From a virus (Duplodnaviria; Caudoviricetes), in the IMG/VR virus record IMGVR_UViG_3300020577_008668, positions 1-64,000 of that record: a stretch of DNA of 64,000 bases; one strand, 5' to 3'. The notes beneath the pieces were generated by a model. That model ran no database searches. It had not been told where the DNA came from and saw only the letters and a list, made by a program, of their open reading frames with translations. The position numbers and the translations under genes were made by a program. This document shows positions 17,768-26,865 of this stretch, piece after piece (position 1 is the first letter of the stretch; every line of letters begins with the position of its first letter).

Positions 17768-18583
17768 GTGACCACCCGAACTCTTGATCTTGACACGCTT
17801 GTCCTCGCCGTTGGAGCCCATTCAGCGACGAAAGACGACATGTGTGTCATGGAGGCTGTAGCGTTCATCGCTGGCGAACCATGGTCCGACCATCCCGACT
17901 GCGCTTCCCCTGTCATCGGAGCGTTCCTCCGCACCTGGAACGACTCACTTCCCGACGCCGACCGTCAGACGTTGAAGCAGTACATCCCGCGCCTCGTCGG
18001 CTCGAAGGGCACCACAGCGCAGGAAGATCATCGAGCGTGGATGGCGTTGGATTGGTTGGTGCGGGTGCACACTCCGGCGTGGTTGCGGTTGGCGGGTTTG
18101 GTCGATCAGGCGGATCTGCTCGCTGGTCTCGCTGAGGTGGATGCGGGGACGTGTCCGTCGATCAAGCCGATGTTGGAAGCGGTGCGCATGGACGCTGCCG
18201 CCGCTTGGGCCGTCGTTCGGGCCGTCGCTTGGGCCGTCGCTCGGGACGCCGCTCGGGATGCCGCTTGGGACGCCGCTCGGGACGCCGCTCGGGACGCCGC
18301 TCGGGACGCCGCTCGGGATGCCGCTTGGGACGCCGCTGGGGACGCCGCTTGGGCCGTCGCTGGGGATGCCGCTCGGGGCGCCGCTCGGGGCGCCGCTCGG
18401 GATGCCGCTGGGGCCGTCGCTTGGGCCGTCGCTGGGGATGCCGCTCGGGGCGCCGCTCGGGATGCCGCTCGGGACGCCGCTCGGGATGCCGCTCGGGACG
18501 CCCTCGCTCCCACCGTGACCGAACTCCAAACCTCAGCGCATGACCTCATCGACCGGATGCTCGCCGTCACCGAAACAGCATAA
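17768..18583 (+). CDS. Phage protein with AARD/AAWD tetrapeptide repeats
   Basis: 271 aa, SD GAAGGAG; CVMEAVA...PWSDHPDCASPV...WND N-domain, then AAxx repeats. Confidence 0.85.
   Translation: MTTRTLDLDTLVLAVGAHSATKDDMCVMEAVAFIAGEPWSDHPDCASPVIGAFLRTWNDSLPDADRQTLKQYIPRLVGSKGTTAQEDHRAWMALDWLVRVHTPAWLRLAGLVDQADLLAGLAEVDAGTCPSIKPMLEAVRMDAAAAWAVVRAVAWAVARDAARDAAWDAARDAARDAARDAARDAAWDAAGDAAWAVAGDAARGAARGAARDAAGAVAWAVAGDAARGAARDAARDAARDAARDALAPTVTELQTSAHDLIDRMLAVTETA
18200..18502 (+). repeat. 12-nt tandem repeat GCCGCTCGGGAY / GCCGCTTGGGNC
   Basis: Directly visible; it also generates the spurious overlapping ORFs here. Confidence 0.9.
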
Positions 18584-18696
18584 TGACCCGCCCTGTCCTC
18601 TACATCGCCGGGCCGTACACCGCGCCGGACCCATCACAACGTGCACAAGGCGGTGATGTTCGCTTCCCACTCAATGGGGAATTATGGTCTAGGTAA
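18583..18696 (+). pseudogene. Remnant MTRPVLYIAGPYTAPD... running across the island's right junction
   Basis: YIAGPY start typical of DUF4406/DUF1937-like proteins; frame lost after PDP. Confidence 0.55.
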
Positions 18697-18705
18697 CAAA
18701 AGCGG

Positions 18706-19095
18706 ATGTTATCATCCGCTATGGATTTTGACGGGGTTACCCTAACTTGCACACTAGAAACTTGGACTCCAGAAATTTTTTTTAGTAACAGGAAGAAGTG
18801 CTATCAACAAGTGAAACAGTCTAGGGAAATTTTTGACCATCTACCTCACGACAATAAAGAGGCAGTCCTCGATATGATTAAGCGAGCCCTTTTTCTAGCG
18901 GCGGACGAAGTTGAGCTATGGGTTCCTTCAGCTTTTTCATCCGATAGGATTTCGGATACTTTAGTTGTTCAGTTGAAACTTTCAGCATCTCAAGTCGATG
19001 CAGCTATTGCTGATCGGAAAAAATACACATCTAAACGACTAGCTGAGATAATTGCTGAAGTAGAAGCTGACTTAGACGAGTTTGATGTTTCATGA
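18706..19095 (+). CDS. Hypothetical protein
   Basis: 129 aa with backbone codon style; ATGA-coupled to the resolvase. Confidence 0.6.
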   Translation: MLSSAMDFDGVTLTCTLETWTPEIFFSNRKKCYQQVKQSREIFDHLPHDNKEAVLDMIKRALFLAADEVELWVPSAFSSDRISDTLVVQLKLSASQVDAAIADRKKYTSKRLAEIIAEVEADLDEFDVS

Positions 19096-19484
19096 AACCC
19101 TCAACGGCTAAGGCGAAAGGGCGTGAATGTGAAAAGGCTTGGGTTAATTTCCTGAAAGAGAATGGTGTTCCTAACGCCGAACGACGACGACTCAACGGAG
19201 TCGAGGATCGTGGAGACATTTCGGGCTGGAATTCATCGGAGGCTCAGGAACATGGTGGATGGCGGATTTGTTCCGAGGTGAAATCGGGTGGAGTAATTAA
19301 AACAGCTGAATGGTTGAGAGAGCTAAAGGCAGAGATCACAAACGATAATTCTGACTCTGGTCATATCGTTGTGCGTCCCAAGGGGAAGCCTCGGGTTGAG
19401 GATTGGTTCGTGATCATGGACGTTCTCGGCTTTATGGATTTAATGAGTCGAGCCGGTTTCATCCCATGGCAGCCAGATGATTGA
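19092..19484 (+). CDS. Holliday junction resolvase-like PD-(D/E)xK nuclease
   Basis: KAKGRECEK...ERRRLNGVEDRGDI...SEVK. Confidence 0.8.
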   Translation: MKPSTAKAKGRECEKAWVNFLKENGVPNAERRRLNGVEDRGDISGWNSSEAQEHGGWRICSEVKSGGVIKTAEWLRELKAEITNDNSDSGHIVVRPKGKPRVEDWFVIMDVLGFMDLMSRAGFIPWQPDD

Positions 19485-19710
19485 CGCATTTGGTCAGGAG
19501 CTTTATGAGGGTGATAAAGTTGTAGCAATTGCTACTATGAAATCTACGCAGACCTTGTATAAGGGAACTGTCGTAGGTTTTTCTGGTTCTTGTGTTAATG
19601 TGAGAATGGATGAGATGTCTAACTGTGATACTTTTTGGTTTGATATCTATCAGCCTGAACAGGGAGAAGAAAAGCGCATCTGCGTGTCTCATAGATTGGC
19701 AAAGATATGA
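19477..19710 (+). CDS. Small SH3/KOW-like hypothetical protein
   Basis: DAFGQELYEGDKVV...GTVVGF. Confidence 0.6.
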   Translation: MIDAFGQELYEGDKVVAIATMKSTQTLYKGTVVGFSGSCVNVRMDEMSNCDTFWFDIYQPEQGEEKRICVSHRLAKI

Positions 19711-20426
19711 AGCTCGTTGTAGGGTGTCCTGTGTCAAATCGGAACTGGATTCTTCCTGAGTGGAATCAGCATGTTCTTTCATCTGTGTTTGATCTGGTAG
19801 AGAGAGATAGTAGAGACTGGGACCTAGAGTACGCTTTTGTTGTTCCATCTGGAGACACTGAAACGCTTTCTGTTTTATCTTCTTTTGATACCTCCACCTT
19901 TACTTTGACGAGAGATGAGCCTGAAGTTGCTGTTCGTCGTCGTTGGGGGCCTGATCGTTATCAGAATATGGTAGAATCAAGAAATGCTCTTTTGGGGCTT
20001 GTTAGGGAACTTTCTCCTGATTTTTTCCTTTCACTGGATTCAGATATTCTTTTGCATCCTACTGCCATTTCAAAAGCTTTAGAATTATTCAGGGATGGGG
20101 TTTGGGCAGTAGGATTAGCAACGTACTTAACTCCCCGAGGGAATACTGTTCCTAATATGGGAAGTTGGTTGGATCAATCCTATATTAGATACTCTCGAAA
20201 AGATTACCCTGAAGCTACAACCTGTGATATTCTGATGGCAGCTAAGTTAATGAAACCTGAAGCATACCAAGTCGATTACGAGTATCACCGCTCAGGAGAA
20301 GACTTGGGTTGGTCTAGGGCTCTGAAAAGGGCAGGTGGTAAAGTTATGTGGGATGGTAGGGTGAAGAATAAGCATGTGATGGAGCCTGAGCATCTCTCTC
20401 AGGTAGATGAGAGGGTCGGGTTCTGA
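19707..20426 (+). CDS. GT-A fold glycosyltransferase (GT2-like)
   Basis: SRNALL...LSLDSDILL (DxD)...GEDLGWS...KH. Confidence 0.8.
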   Translation: MKLVVGCPVSNRNWILPEWNQHVLSSVFDLVERDSRDWDLEYAFVVPSGDTETLSVLSSFDTSTFTLTRDEPEVAVRRRWGPDRYQNMVESRNALLGLVRELSPDFFLSLDSDILLHPTAISKALELFRDGVWAVGLATYLTPRGNTVPNMGSWLDQSYIRYSRKDYPEATTCDILMAAKLMKPEAYQVDYEYHRSGEDLGWSRALKRAGGKVMWDGRVKNKHVMEPEHLSQVDERVGF

Positions 20427-21196
20427 TGGATTTACAACTTATAGTGGTGAACTATCACACCTACCCTCTGCTTCAGCAGTTTATTGATTCTTATGAGGAG
20501 TTTAAGCCATCCATTAATTCAAGCCTGTTGATCTATGATGTAGAGTCTACTCCCGAGATTCATGATATCCGCAAATATGGGAATGAATTGATTAGAGATG
20601 CAAAAAATTGCGGGTACGCTAGGGCCTGTAACTATGGTACCTTCTTAAGTGGTAGGGCTAGAAACTTTGCTTTCTTCAATGCTGATACTCGATTCAATAA
20701 TGAGAGTTGTGTGGATTATTGTGTGGACTTTCTGGATAGTAATGATAATGTGGCTGTTGTTGGGCCTTTGCAGTATTCCTCCAGCGGGAAGACGACTCAT
20801 GGTGGGATATTTGGTAGCAACGAGAAACCGGCCTTTCGGCACTGGAACAAACCTGTCTCTGACTCTGTAAGAGATAATAGGGAGGCTGTGACTGTCTCAG
20901 GGTCAGCCTATTTTGTAAAGGGGATGGTGTGGAGAGAAATGAGGAATTGTCCGGTATTTCGGCATGCTTTTCCTTCTGCTATAGGGGGTTTCCCTGACCT
21001 TCCTCACGGGTATGAAGAAACATTGTTTTCTTACCACAGCAGAGCACATGGTTACGAAGTTTGGTATTTGGGTAAAGCAGAAATGGAGCATGACTGGCAT
21101 CAGTCCTCTCCGGTGGGGTCTCAGTCAGATAAGTTCAAAGAGGGACGAGAGCGGTTTAGATCGTTCTGTAGAGCACATGGGATAGAATGTGATTGA
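20426..21196 (+). CDS. GT2 glycosyltransferase
   Basis: IVVNY, NCGYARACNYG, FFNADT, VSGS, YEET, H.W..S. Confidence 0.88.
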   Translation: MDLQLIVVNYHTYPLLQQFIDSYEEFKPSINSSLLIYDVESTPEIHDIRKYGNELIRDAKNCGYARACNYGTFLSGRARNFAFFNADTRFNNESCVDYCVDFLDSNDNVAVVGPLQYSSSGKTTHGGIFGSNEKPAFRHWNKPVSDSVRDNREAVTVSGSAYFVKGMVWREMRNCPVFRHAFPSAIGGFPDLPHGYEETLFSYHSRAHGYEVWYLGKAEMEHDWHQSSPVGSQSDKFKEGRERFRSFCRAHGIECD

Positions 21197-21833
21197 TGTA
21201 GTTATTGCCTGGAACCCTCGAACCACTGATCCTTGGAGATGTCGCTCCAGGGAATTTGTGCTTTCTATGTGGGAGTCTTACGGGTACACTGTGATATGGG
21301 GACTGGATGATTCTGAGCCCTTTAACATTTCTAAGGCTAAGAATAACGGGGTTCGTCAAGCTTCATCTAGTAAAGTTGTCATAGCTGACGCTGATGTTGT
21401 CATTAGCAAGCAGCAGGTTGAAGAGGCTCTTGCTAAAGAGCATTGGGTTATTCCGTACGAAACTTATTTCAACTTAACTCAAGCCCATACGAAAGAATTT
21501 CTTGACGGCGTTCGGGAACTAGGTGATTGCCAGTGGGATCATCGCATACTTTCTTGGGCTGGCATGATGGTTGTTGAAAGGCAAGCCTACTGGGATGTTG
21601 GTGGGCATGATGAAAACTTTAGTGGATGGGGATGGGAAGATGTAGCCTTGCGGTTGGCTCTAGATAATCTTTACTTTCAGCATGAAAGGGTAGCTGGGGG
21701 TATTTATCATCTGTGGCATCCTGTTTCTGAAGTTGAGACTTTCGGATCAGATGATTGTGCTCGAAACAAAGCTCTCTTTAAAAAAGAGTATAAGGATAGG
21801 TATAACTGGAGAGATGAGAGGTTAAAGTGGTAA
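21189..21833 (+). CDS. GT2 / galactosyltransferase-C-domain glycosyltransferase
   Basis: FNISKAKNNG, IADADV, GGHDENFSGWGWED, YHLWH. Confidence 0.88.
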   Translation: MIDVVIAWNPRTTDPWRCRSREFVLSMWESYGYTVIWGLDDSEPFNISKAKNNGVRQASSSKVVIADADVVISKQQVEEALAKEHWVIPYETYFNLTQAHTKEFLDGVRELGDCQWDHRILSWAGMMVVERQAYWDVGGHDENFSGWGWEDVALRLALDNLYFQHERVAGGIYHLWHPVSEVETFGSDDCARNKALFKKEYKDRYNWRDERLKW

Positions 21834-22645
21834 TCTATCTTGACAAATTTGTTGGTCGGTTGGGCAATCAGCTTTTCCAAATAGCTTCCACGGTTGGAAT
21901 TGCCCGACTGAGGGGGCTTGAGCCGCGTTTTCCTGAATGGGATTATGCTCCAGTTTTCAATATTCCTGAAGAGTTCTTTGAGTCGTTCGATGATGAGCTT
22001 AGAATGAATGTTCTAGATTGCGCTAGTGAGTTGGATGAACGTGAACGAGTTTACTTACAGAACGTACAGTACTTTGATCATGTAAGAGAAGAGATCCTTC
22101 AAATGTTTTCACCATCTTCTGCTGCTGAAGATATTATTGATCCATCTGTGAGAACTTTGCGGGAAATTTCACAAACAGGATCAGTTCTTTCAATTCATGT
22201 CCGTCGAGGTGACATTCTTTCTCATCCTGAGTATCATCCTGTTCGTAGCATCCAGTATTATGCTGATGCTCTCGAAGAGGTTGGTTCTTATGACTCGGTT
22301 GCTGTTTTTTCTGATGACGTAGAATGGTGTGCTAAAGTTCTTGCTCCTAAGCTCGGTCTGAGGGTGGATTTTTATGGGTCAGGGATTTCTCGTTCCCCTA
22401 TCCCCTCTCAGTATGAGAAGGATGGGCCAGTTGATTGGCAGGATTTATTTTTAATGAAAGCCTGTTCTTCTCATGTCATTTCTAATTCCACTTACGCTTG
22501 GTGGGGGGCGTATCTTTCAGAGGATAAGCATCCGATCTATCCCTCTAACTGGTTTGGTCGTGAGCTACAAAATCAGGCTCATCCTGAGTTGCTTTTTCCC
22601 GATTTGTGGATTCAGGTGCATGATGACACGCAGGGAGGCATTTGA
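21827..22645 (+). CDS. GT11 alpha-1,2-fucosyltransferase-like glycosyltransferase
   Basis: GRLGNQLFQ, SIHVRRGD, VFSDDVEW, DLFLM..C..HVISNSTYAWWGAYL. Confidence 0.92.
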   Translation: MVIYLDKFVGRLGNQLFQIASTVGIARLRGLEPRFPEWDYAPVFNIPEEFFESFDDELRMNVLDCASELDERERVYLQNVQYFDHVREEILQMFSPSSAAEDIIDPSVRTLREISQTGSVLSIHVRRGDILSHPEYHPVRSIQYYADALEEVGSYDSVAVFSDDVEWCAKVLAPKLGLRVDFYGSGISRSPIPSQYEKDGPVDWQDLFLMKACSSHVISNSTYAWWGAYLSEDKHPIYPSNWFGRELQNQAHPELLFPDLWIQVHDDTQGGI

Positions 22646-23271
22646 TGCTGTTCGAATGGGGTGATGTTACCAAATATTTTCAAAAGACAATTACGGGTGT
22701 TCTTCATGTAGGAGCCCATTTAGCTGAAGAAGCTCCTCTTTACGAGGACTTGGGGGTTTCTAATGTTTGGTGGGTTGAAGGTAATCCTTCGGTCATGGTT
22801 AAGCTGGATCACATTTTAAGAAGCTATCCTTCTCATCGGTACGTCCAAGCTCTCGTCTTTGAAGAAGATGGGGTTGAGCTAGATTTCCATGTGACGAATA
22901 TTGACGGAATGAGTTCTTCTATTTACGAATTCGGGACTCATACTCAGTTTAGTCCAGACATTGAATTTGTTCAGCATTTCAAGCTTTTAACGAAGACCAT
23001 TGATACAATTGTTGAGGAAAATAACATAGAGGACATCAACCTTATCAACTTGGATCTCCAAGGGGCGGAGTTGCCTGCTCTTAAGGGTGCTTCAAAACTT
23101 CTCGAAGGAGTTGATTACATTTTGACTGAGGTTAATAAAGCTGAGGTTTATAAGGGGTGCACTAAGATTCAGGAACTTGGTGAGTTCTTGGAGGATTTCG
23201 TTAGAGTTGAGACTCATTGGGTAGCTAACCAAGGGTGGGGCGACGCTCTATTTGTTAGGCGGGAGTCGTGA
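22642..23271 (+). CDS. FkbM-family SAM methyltransferase
   Basis: LHVGAH, SSSI, TKTID, NLDLQGAELPALKG, TEVN. Confidence 0.9.
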   Translation: MMLFEWGDVTKYFQKTITGVLHVGAHLAEEAPLYEDLGVSNVWWVEGNPSVMVKLDHILRSYPSHRYVQALVFEEDGVELDFHVTNIDGMSSSIYEFGTHTQFSPDIEFVQHFKLLTKTIDTIVEENNIEDINLINLDLQGAELPALKGASKLLEGVDYILTEVNKAEVYKGCTKIQELGEFLEDFVRVETHWVANQGWGDALFVRRES

Positions 23272-24008
23272 CTAACATTCATGTTTTGATCCCTTCATAT
23301 AATTGTGCTCAGTGGGTTGAGCGGGCTTTAGATTCTGTAGAGGATCAGTCTTTCCAGCCTAAAAGTGTCCTACTGATAGATGATTGTTCAGACGAGCCAA
23401 ACTATTCGCAGTTAGCTTTACAACAGTGTCAAAATAGAGGGTACTCTTATCTTCGAAATAATGTGAACGAAAAATGTCCTTATAATCTTTGGATGGGAGT
23501 GAAAGTCCTCAATCCAGATCCTGAGGATGTTATTTTCTTACTTGATGGGGATGATTTTCTTCCCGCCCCAGGAACTTTAGCTAGAATAGCTGAGGTGTAT
23601 GCAGATCCGAATGTGTGGCTTACGTATGGCAACTATGAGCCGTACCCGGTAAATACTGGTCAGGTAGCTGCTTCTTCCTACGACATAGATGTCATTCAGG
23701 AAAGAAATTTTCGTCAATCAGGGAATTTTTTCAATCATCCAATAACTTTTCGGCGGTTCTTGTTCGACGAGATCAGGGATGAGGACCTGAAAACAAACGA
23801 TGGTAGATGGTTTCGTGGAGGTTACGACTTTGCTATAATGATGCCAATGTTAGAGATGTGTGGTCAAGAGCACTTTTGTTTTATCGACGAAGTTTTGTAC
23901 ATCTATAATGCCATCAACCCTATTTCCGATTCTCATGTCAATGTGAAGTTGATTAATGAAACGGATCAGCTTCGTAAACGCCCTAAGAGGGAAAGGTTGA
24001 TTAGATGA
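23268..24008 (+). CDS. GT2 glycosyltransferase
   Basis: IPSYN...LDSV..Q, IDDCSD, LLDGDD. Confidence 0.88.
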   Translation: MTNIHVLIPSYNCAQWVERALDSVEDQSFQPKSVLLIDDCSDEPNYSQLALQQCQNRGYSYLRNNVNEKCPYNLWMGVKVLNPDPEDVIFLLDGDDFLPAPGTLARIAEVYADPNVWLTYGNYEPYPVNTGQVAASSYDIDVIQERNFRQSGNFFNHPITFRRFLFDEIRDEDLKTNDGRWFRGGYDFAIMMPMLEMCGQEHFCFIDEVLYIYNAINPISDSHVNVKLINETDQLRKRPKRERLIR

Positions 24009-24715
24009 TCTCATTCACTCAACATTGTCAGGCAGAAAGTCCGATGAACGTCTTCTCTCAAAATGGGGAAGATGGGGTTATTCAGGCTATTTTTGACTTG
24101 ATTAAGCCTGAGACTATGACATGCATGGAATTCGGAGCCGCCGACGGGTTCTTTTGCTCAAATACAGCTTATCTTTGGAGTAGGTGTGGGTGGGAGGCTA
24201 CTTTAGTAGAGTCAGATAATGTCCTTTTTAAGGGGCTAGAACAAGCAACTAAGCGAAGTGATAAAGTCAGATCATTTCATGACATGGTTACTAACCCAGA
24301 CGATTTCTGCCCAGAAGTTTTGGATCTGATCTCCATAGATGTAGATGGGGAAGATTTTAACATTTGGGAACGATCAAAGGTTCGTCATAGGGTTGTTGTT
24401 ATTGAGCATAATCCTACTTTCCCTCCTCATGTGGAGATGCACGCCGGACAGTGGGTCGGGGCATCAGCAGCTTCCTTGGTGCGATTGGGTGAGTTGAAGG
24501 GGTATAGTTTCCTTATGGCAACTAAAACAAACTGCTTCTTTGTGAGAAACGAAGATGCTGAAGTGTTTGACCGGTTTGACTGTTCCTTAAGAAATAACTT
24601 CGAGTCCTCTAGTCTTAACTATGTTGTCACTGATTATCATGGAAACTTTGACGTAGTGGGTTCCCTCCCCTATGGGATGAACTGGAAAGTAGAGTTTGGA
24701 ATGCATTATGAGTGA
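24005..24715 (+). CDS. FkbM-like methyltransferase
   Basis: FSQNGEDGVI, EFGAADG, SIDVDGED, VVIEHNP. Confidence 0.8.
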   Translation: MISFTQHCQAESPMNVFSQNGEDGVIQAIFDLIKPETMTCMEFGAADGFFCSNTAYLWSRCGWEATLVESDNVLFKGLEQATKRSDKVRSFHDMVTNPDDFCPEVLDLISIDVDGEDFNIWERSKVRHRVVVIEHNPTFPPHVEMHAGQWVGASAASLVRLGELKGYSFLMATKTNCFFVRNEDAEVFDRFDCSLRNNFESSSLNYVVTDYHGNFDVVGSLPYGMNWKVEFGMHYE

Positions 24716-25325
24716 GTTCCGTGCTGACTTTTTGGCCTGGGTAGATGCTGAGTTAGAGACACCAAAGGCGTCTGTCCCCGAAGAAGTGAAGTGGGGACTT
24801 CTTCTTGAATTGGCCGAAGAGTACCATTTGCGGACTTTAATCGAAACTGGCACAGCTGTCGGGGACACTATCCTTCATATTCAAAATCACTTCGAAGAAA
24901 TCCATTCTTTTGAAATCATGGAAACCTACTATGAGGTTGCTGCTCGGAACACGGAAGGCCTTCTTCACGTTACCTTGTACAATTCGTCGTCAGCTTCGTC
25001 GGAATTTAGGGAGCTAGTGAATAAGCAGCCTGATGCTTGCTTAATCTACTTGGACGCTCATTACTCAGGTGAGGGAACGGGGAAAGACCTTACTCTTATT
25101 ACTCCAGACGTTCCCATTCGCCAGGAACTTGACGTGATCCTTCAGTCGAATGTTGATCATGTTATTGTTATTGATGATGCTAGGTGTTTTAAGGGGGAGG
25201 CTTTTTACACTGATGAGTATTTGGGGTACCCTTCACGCAGCGAAATTCAGGAGCAGGTGGCTGAGTTTTATGATGTTGCTCATGTAGCAGATGCTTTTGT
25301 TCTTCACCCGAAAGGATGGGATTGA
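24708..25325 (+). CDS. Class I SAM methyltransferase-like protein
   Basis: LIETGT..GD, SFEI, YLDAHYSG, P...EL, IVIDDAR. Confidence 0.75.
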   Translation: MSEFRADFLAWVDAELETPKASVPEEVKWGLLLELAEEYHLRTLIETGTAVGDTILHIQNHFEEIHSFEIMETYYEVAARNTEGLLHVTLYNSSSASSEFRELVNKQPDACLIYLDAHYSGEGTGKDLTLITPDVPIRQELDVILQSNVDHVIVIDDARCFKGEAFYTDEYLGYPSRSEIQEQVAEFYDVAHVADAFVLHPKGWD

Positions 25326-25327
25326 GA

Positions 25328-26287
25328 ATGACGACTGTAGCAGTAAGTGGTGGTGGTGGGTTCATCGCAGGTCATTTAATTAAGAGACTTTTAGAAGAGG
25401 GTTTTGATGTAGTTACCGCAGACATTAAACCCCTAGATGAGTGGCACCAGATTTTTGAGGGGGTTCCCTCCTTAAGTTCTTTTGATTTATCTGTCACTGA
25501 AAATGCTGAAAGTTTTCTAGATTTCGACGTGGATCAGGTTTATCATTTAGCCGCTGACATGGGTGGCATGGGTTTCATTAGTCAACATGAGGTTGAAACT
25601 GTTCATAGTTTTGATATAACTTCGAGACTTTTAAAAGCGACTGACGGACAAAGGTTCTTTTTTTCTAGTAGTGCTTGTACTTATCCTGAATATAAGCAGC
25701 TAACCTCTGAAGAGGTTTCTCTTAAAGAATCTGACGCTTATCCGGCTGATTGCGATACTTCGTATGGGTGGGAAAAATTATATGGAGAACAGGCTTTAGC
25801 TGCTTATCAGCGTGCTGATCTATTGGAAACTCGGGTAGCTCGGTTTCATAACATTTTTGGACCTCAGGGAACTTGGGACGGTGGGCGAGAAAAGGCTCCA
25901 GCTGCTATTTGCCGGAAGGTTGCTACAGCTTTAAAAACGGGTATTCATGAGATTGAGATTTGGGGGGACGGGGAGCAGACTCGTAGCTTCTTGTATGTGG
26001 ATGAATGTGTTGAGGGTATTCGTCGCATTATGGATTCGGATTTTTCAGAGCCTCTGAATCTTGGATCGGATGAGTGTGTTTCTATTAATCAGCTTGTTTC
26101 AATGGTTGAGGAAATCGCTGGGGTGAGCTTAAGCCGAATCTACAATCTTGATGCACCCCAAGGTGTGCGCGGGCGGAATTCAAACAATACTTTGATTAAA
26201 GAAGTTCTTGGTTGGGCTCCGTCAGCAAAATTGTATGATGGACTAGAAAGAACGTATGCATGGGTTTACGACCAAGTTTCAGTGTAA
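25328..26287 (+). CDS. NAD-dependent epimerase, GDP-mannose 3,5-epimerase-like
   Basis: GGGGFIA, HLAADMGGMGFI, SSACTYP, YGWEK, RFHNIFGP.GTWDGGREKAPAAICRKV, GVRGRNS. Confidence 0.88.
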   Translation: MTTVAVSGGGGFIAGHLIKRLLEEGFDVVTADIKPLDEWHQIFEGVPSLSSFDLSVTENAESFLDFDVDQVYHLAADMGGMGFISQHEVETVHSFDITSRLLKATDGQRFFFSSSACTYPEYKQLTSEEVSLKESDAYPADCDTSYGWEKLYGEQALAAYQRADLLETRVARFHNIFGPQGTWDGGREKAPAAICRKVATALKTGIHEIEIWGDGEQTRSFLYVDECVEGIRRIMDSDFSEPLNLGSDECVSINQLVSMVEEIAGVSLSRIYNLDAPQGVRGRNSNNTLIKEVLGWAPSAKLYDGLERTYAWVYDQVSV

Positions 26288-26865
26288 TCATCGCCACCTA
26301 TGGAGATCCCTCATGGAGAACTTTGGCGGAAAGGGCTGCTCGTTCTGTGGAAGAACAGTCAGTCCAGCCAGATAGTTTGATTCTATCACATGCTGATACT
26401 CTTCATGAGGCTAGGAATAATCCAGTAAAGAGTCTCACTAGCGATTGGCTTGTTTTTCTTGACGCCGATGACCAGTTGGATTACCACTACATTAAGTCAA
26501 TGAGGGATAGGTCTATCGAGATAGGAAATGAGGATTTTTTGATTCAGCCAAGTACGCTTGGCGTCCAAAATGGAATCGAAGATGATTTTCCAACTTTTAT
26601 TCCTGAACGAGACATTCAGCTAGGGAACTGGATGGTTATCGGGACAGCCGTGAAGAGGGATACCTTTTTGCGAGCTGGGGGGTTTCCCGACCTTCCCTGC
26701 TGGGAGGATTGGGCTCTTTGGGCTCAGTGCGTTCATAACGGAGCTAGTACGACTATCGCCCCTGGGGCGGTTTATCGCGTTACGGTCAATAAGAACAGTA
26801 GGAATAATCCAACTCGATCAGATGCTGCTACAGCCGCTCGTTTTGTGAGGAGGATCTTTCAGTGA
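26260..26865 (+). CDS. GT2 glycosyltransferase
   Basis: VIIATY, ARNN, FLDADD, GGF..LPCWEDW. Confidence 0.85.
   Translation: MGLRPSFSVIIATYGDPSWRTLAERAARSVEEQSVQPDSLILSHADTLHEARNNPVKSLTSDWLVFLDADDQLDYHYIKSMRDRSIEIGNEDFLIQPSTLGVQNGIEDDFPTFIPERDIQLGNWMVIGTAVKRDTFLRAGGFPDLPCWEDWALWAQCVHNGASTTIAPGAVYRVTVNKNSRNNPTRSDAATAARFVRRIFQ

Larger units (their letters stand above)
15890..18665 (+). other. High-GC island of partly truncated foreign phage genes
   Basis: Sharp compositional shift at both ends; duplicated modules; no integrase or transposase; no target-site duplication seen. Confidence 0.75.

Noticed and set aside
15969-18050. Near-identical repeat pair as a possible DGR template/variable region
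   Set aside because: Differences are not adenine-specific and no reverse transcriptase is present in the window
17330-18570. Alternative-frame and antisense ORFs (VAVAV, ATATA, GVPSG, RRSG, PLGT repeats)
   Set aside because: They are shadows of the GGCTAC and 12-nt tandem repeats
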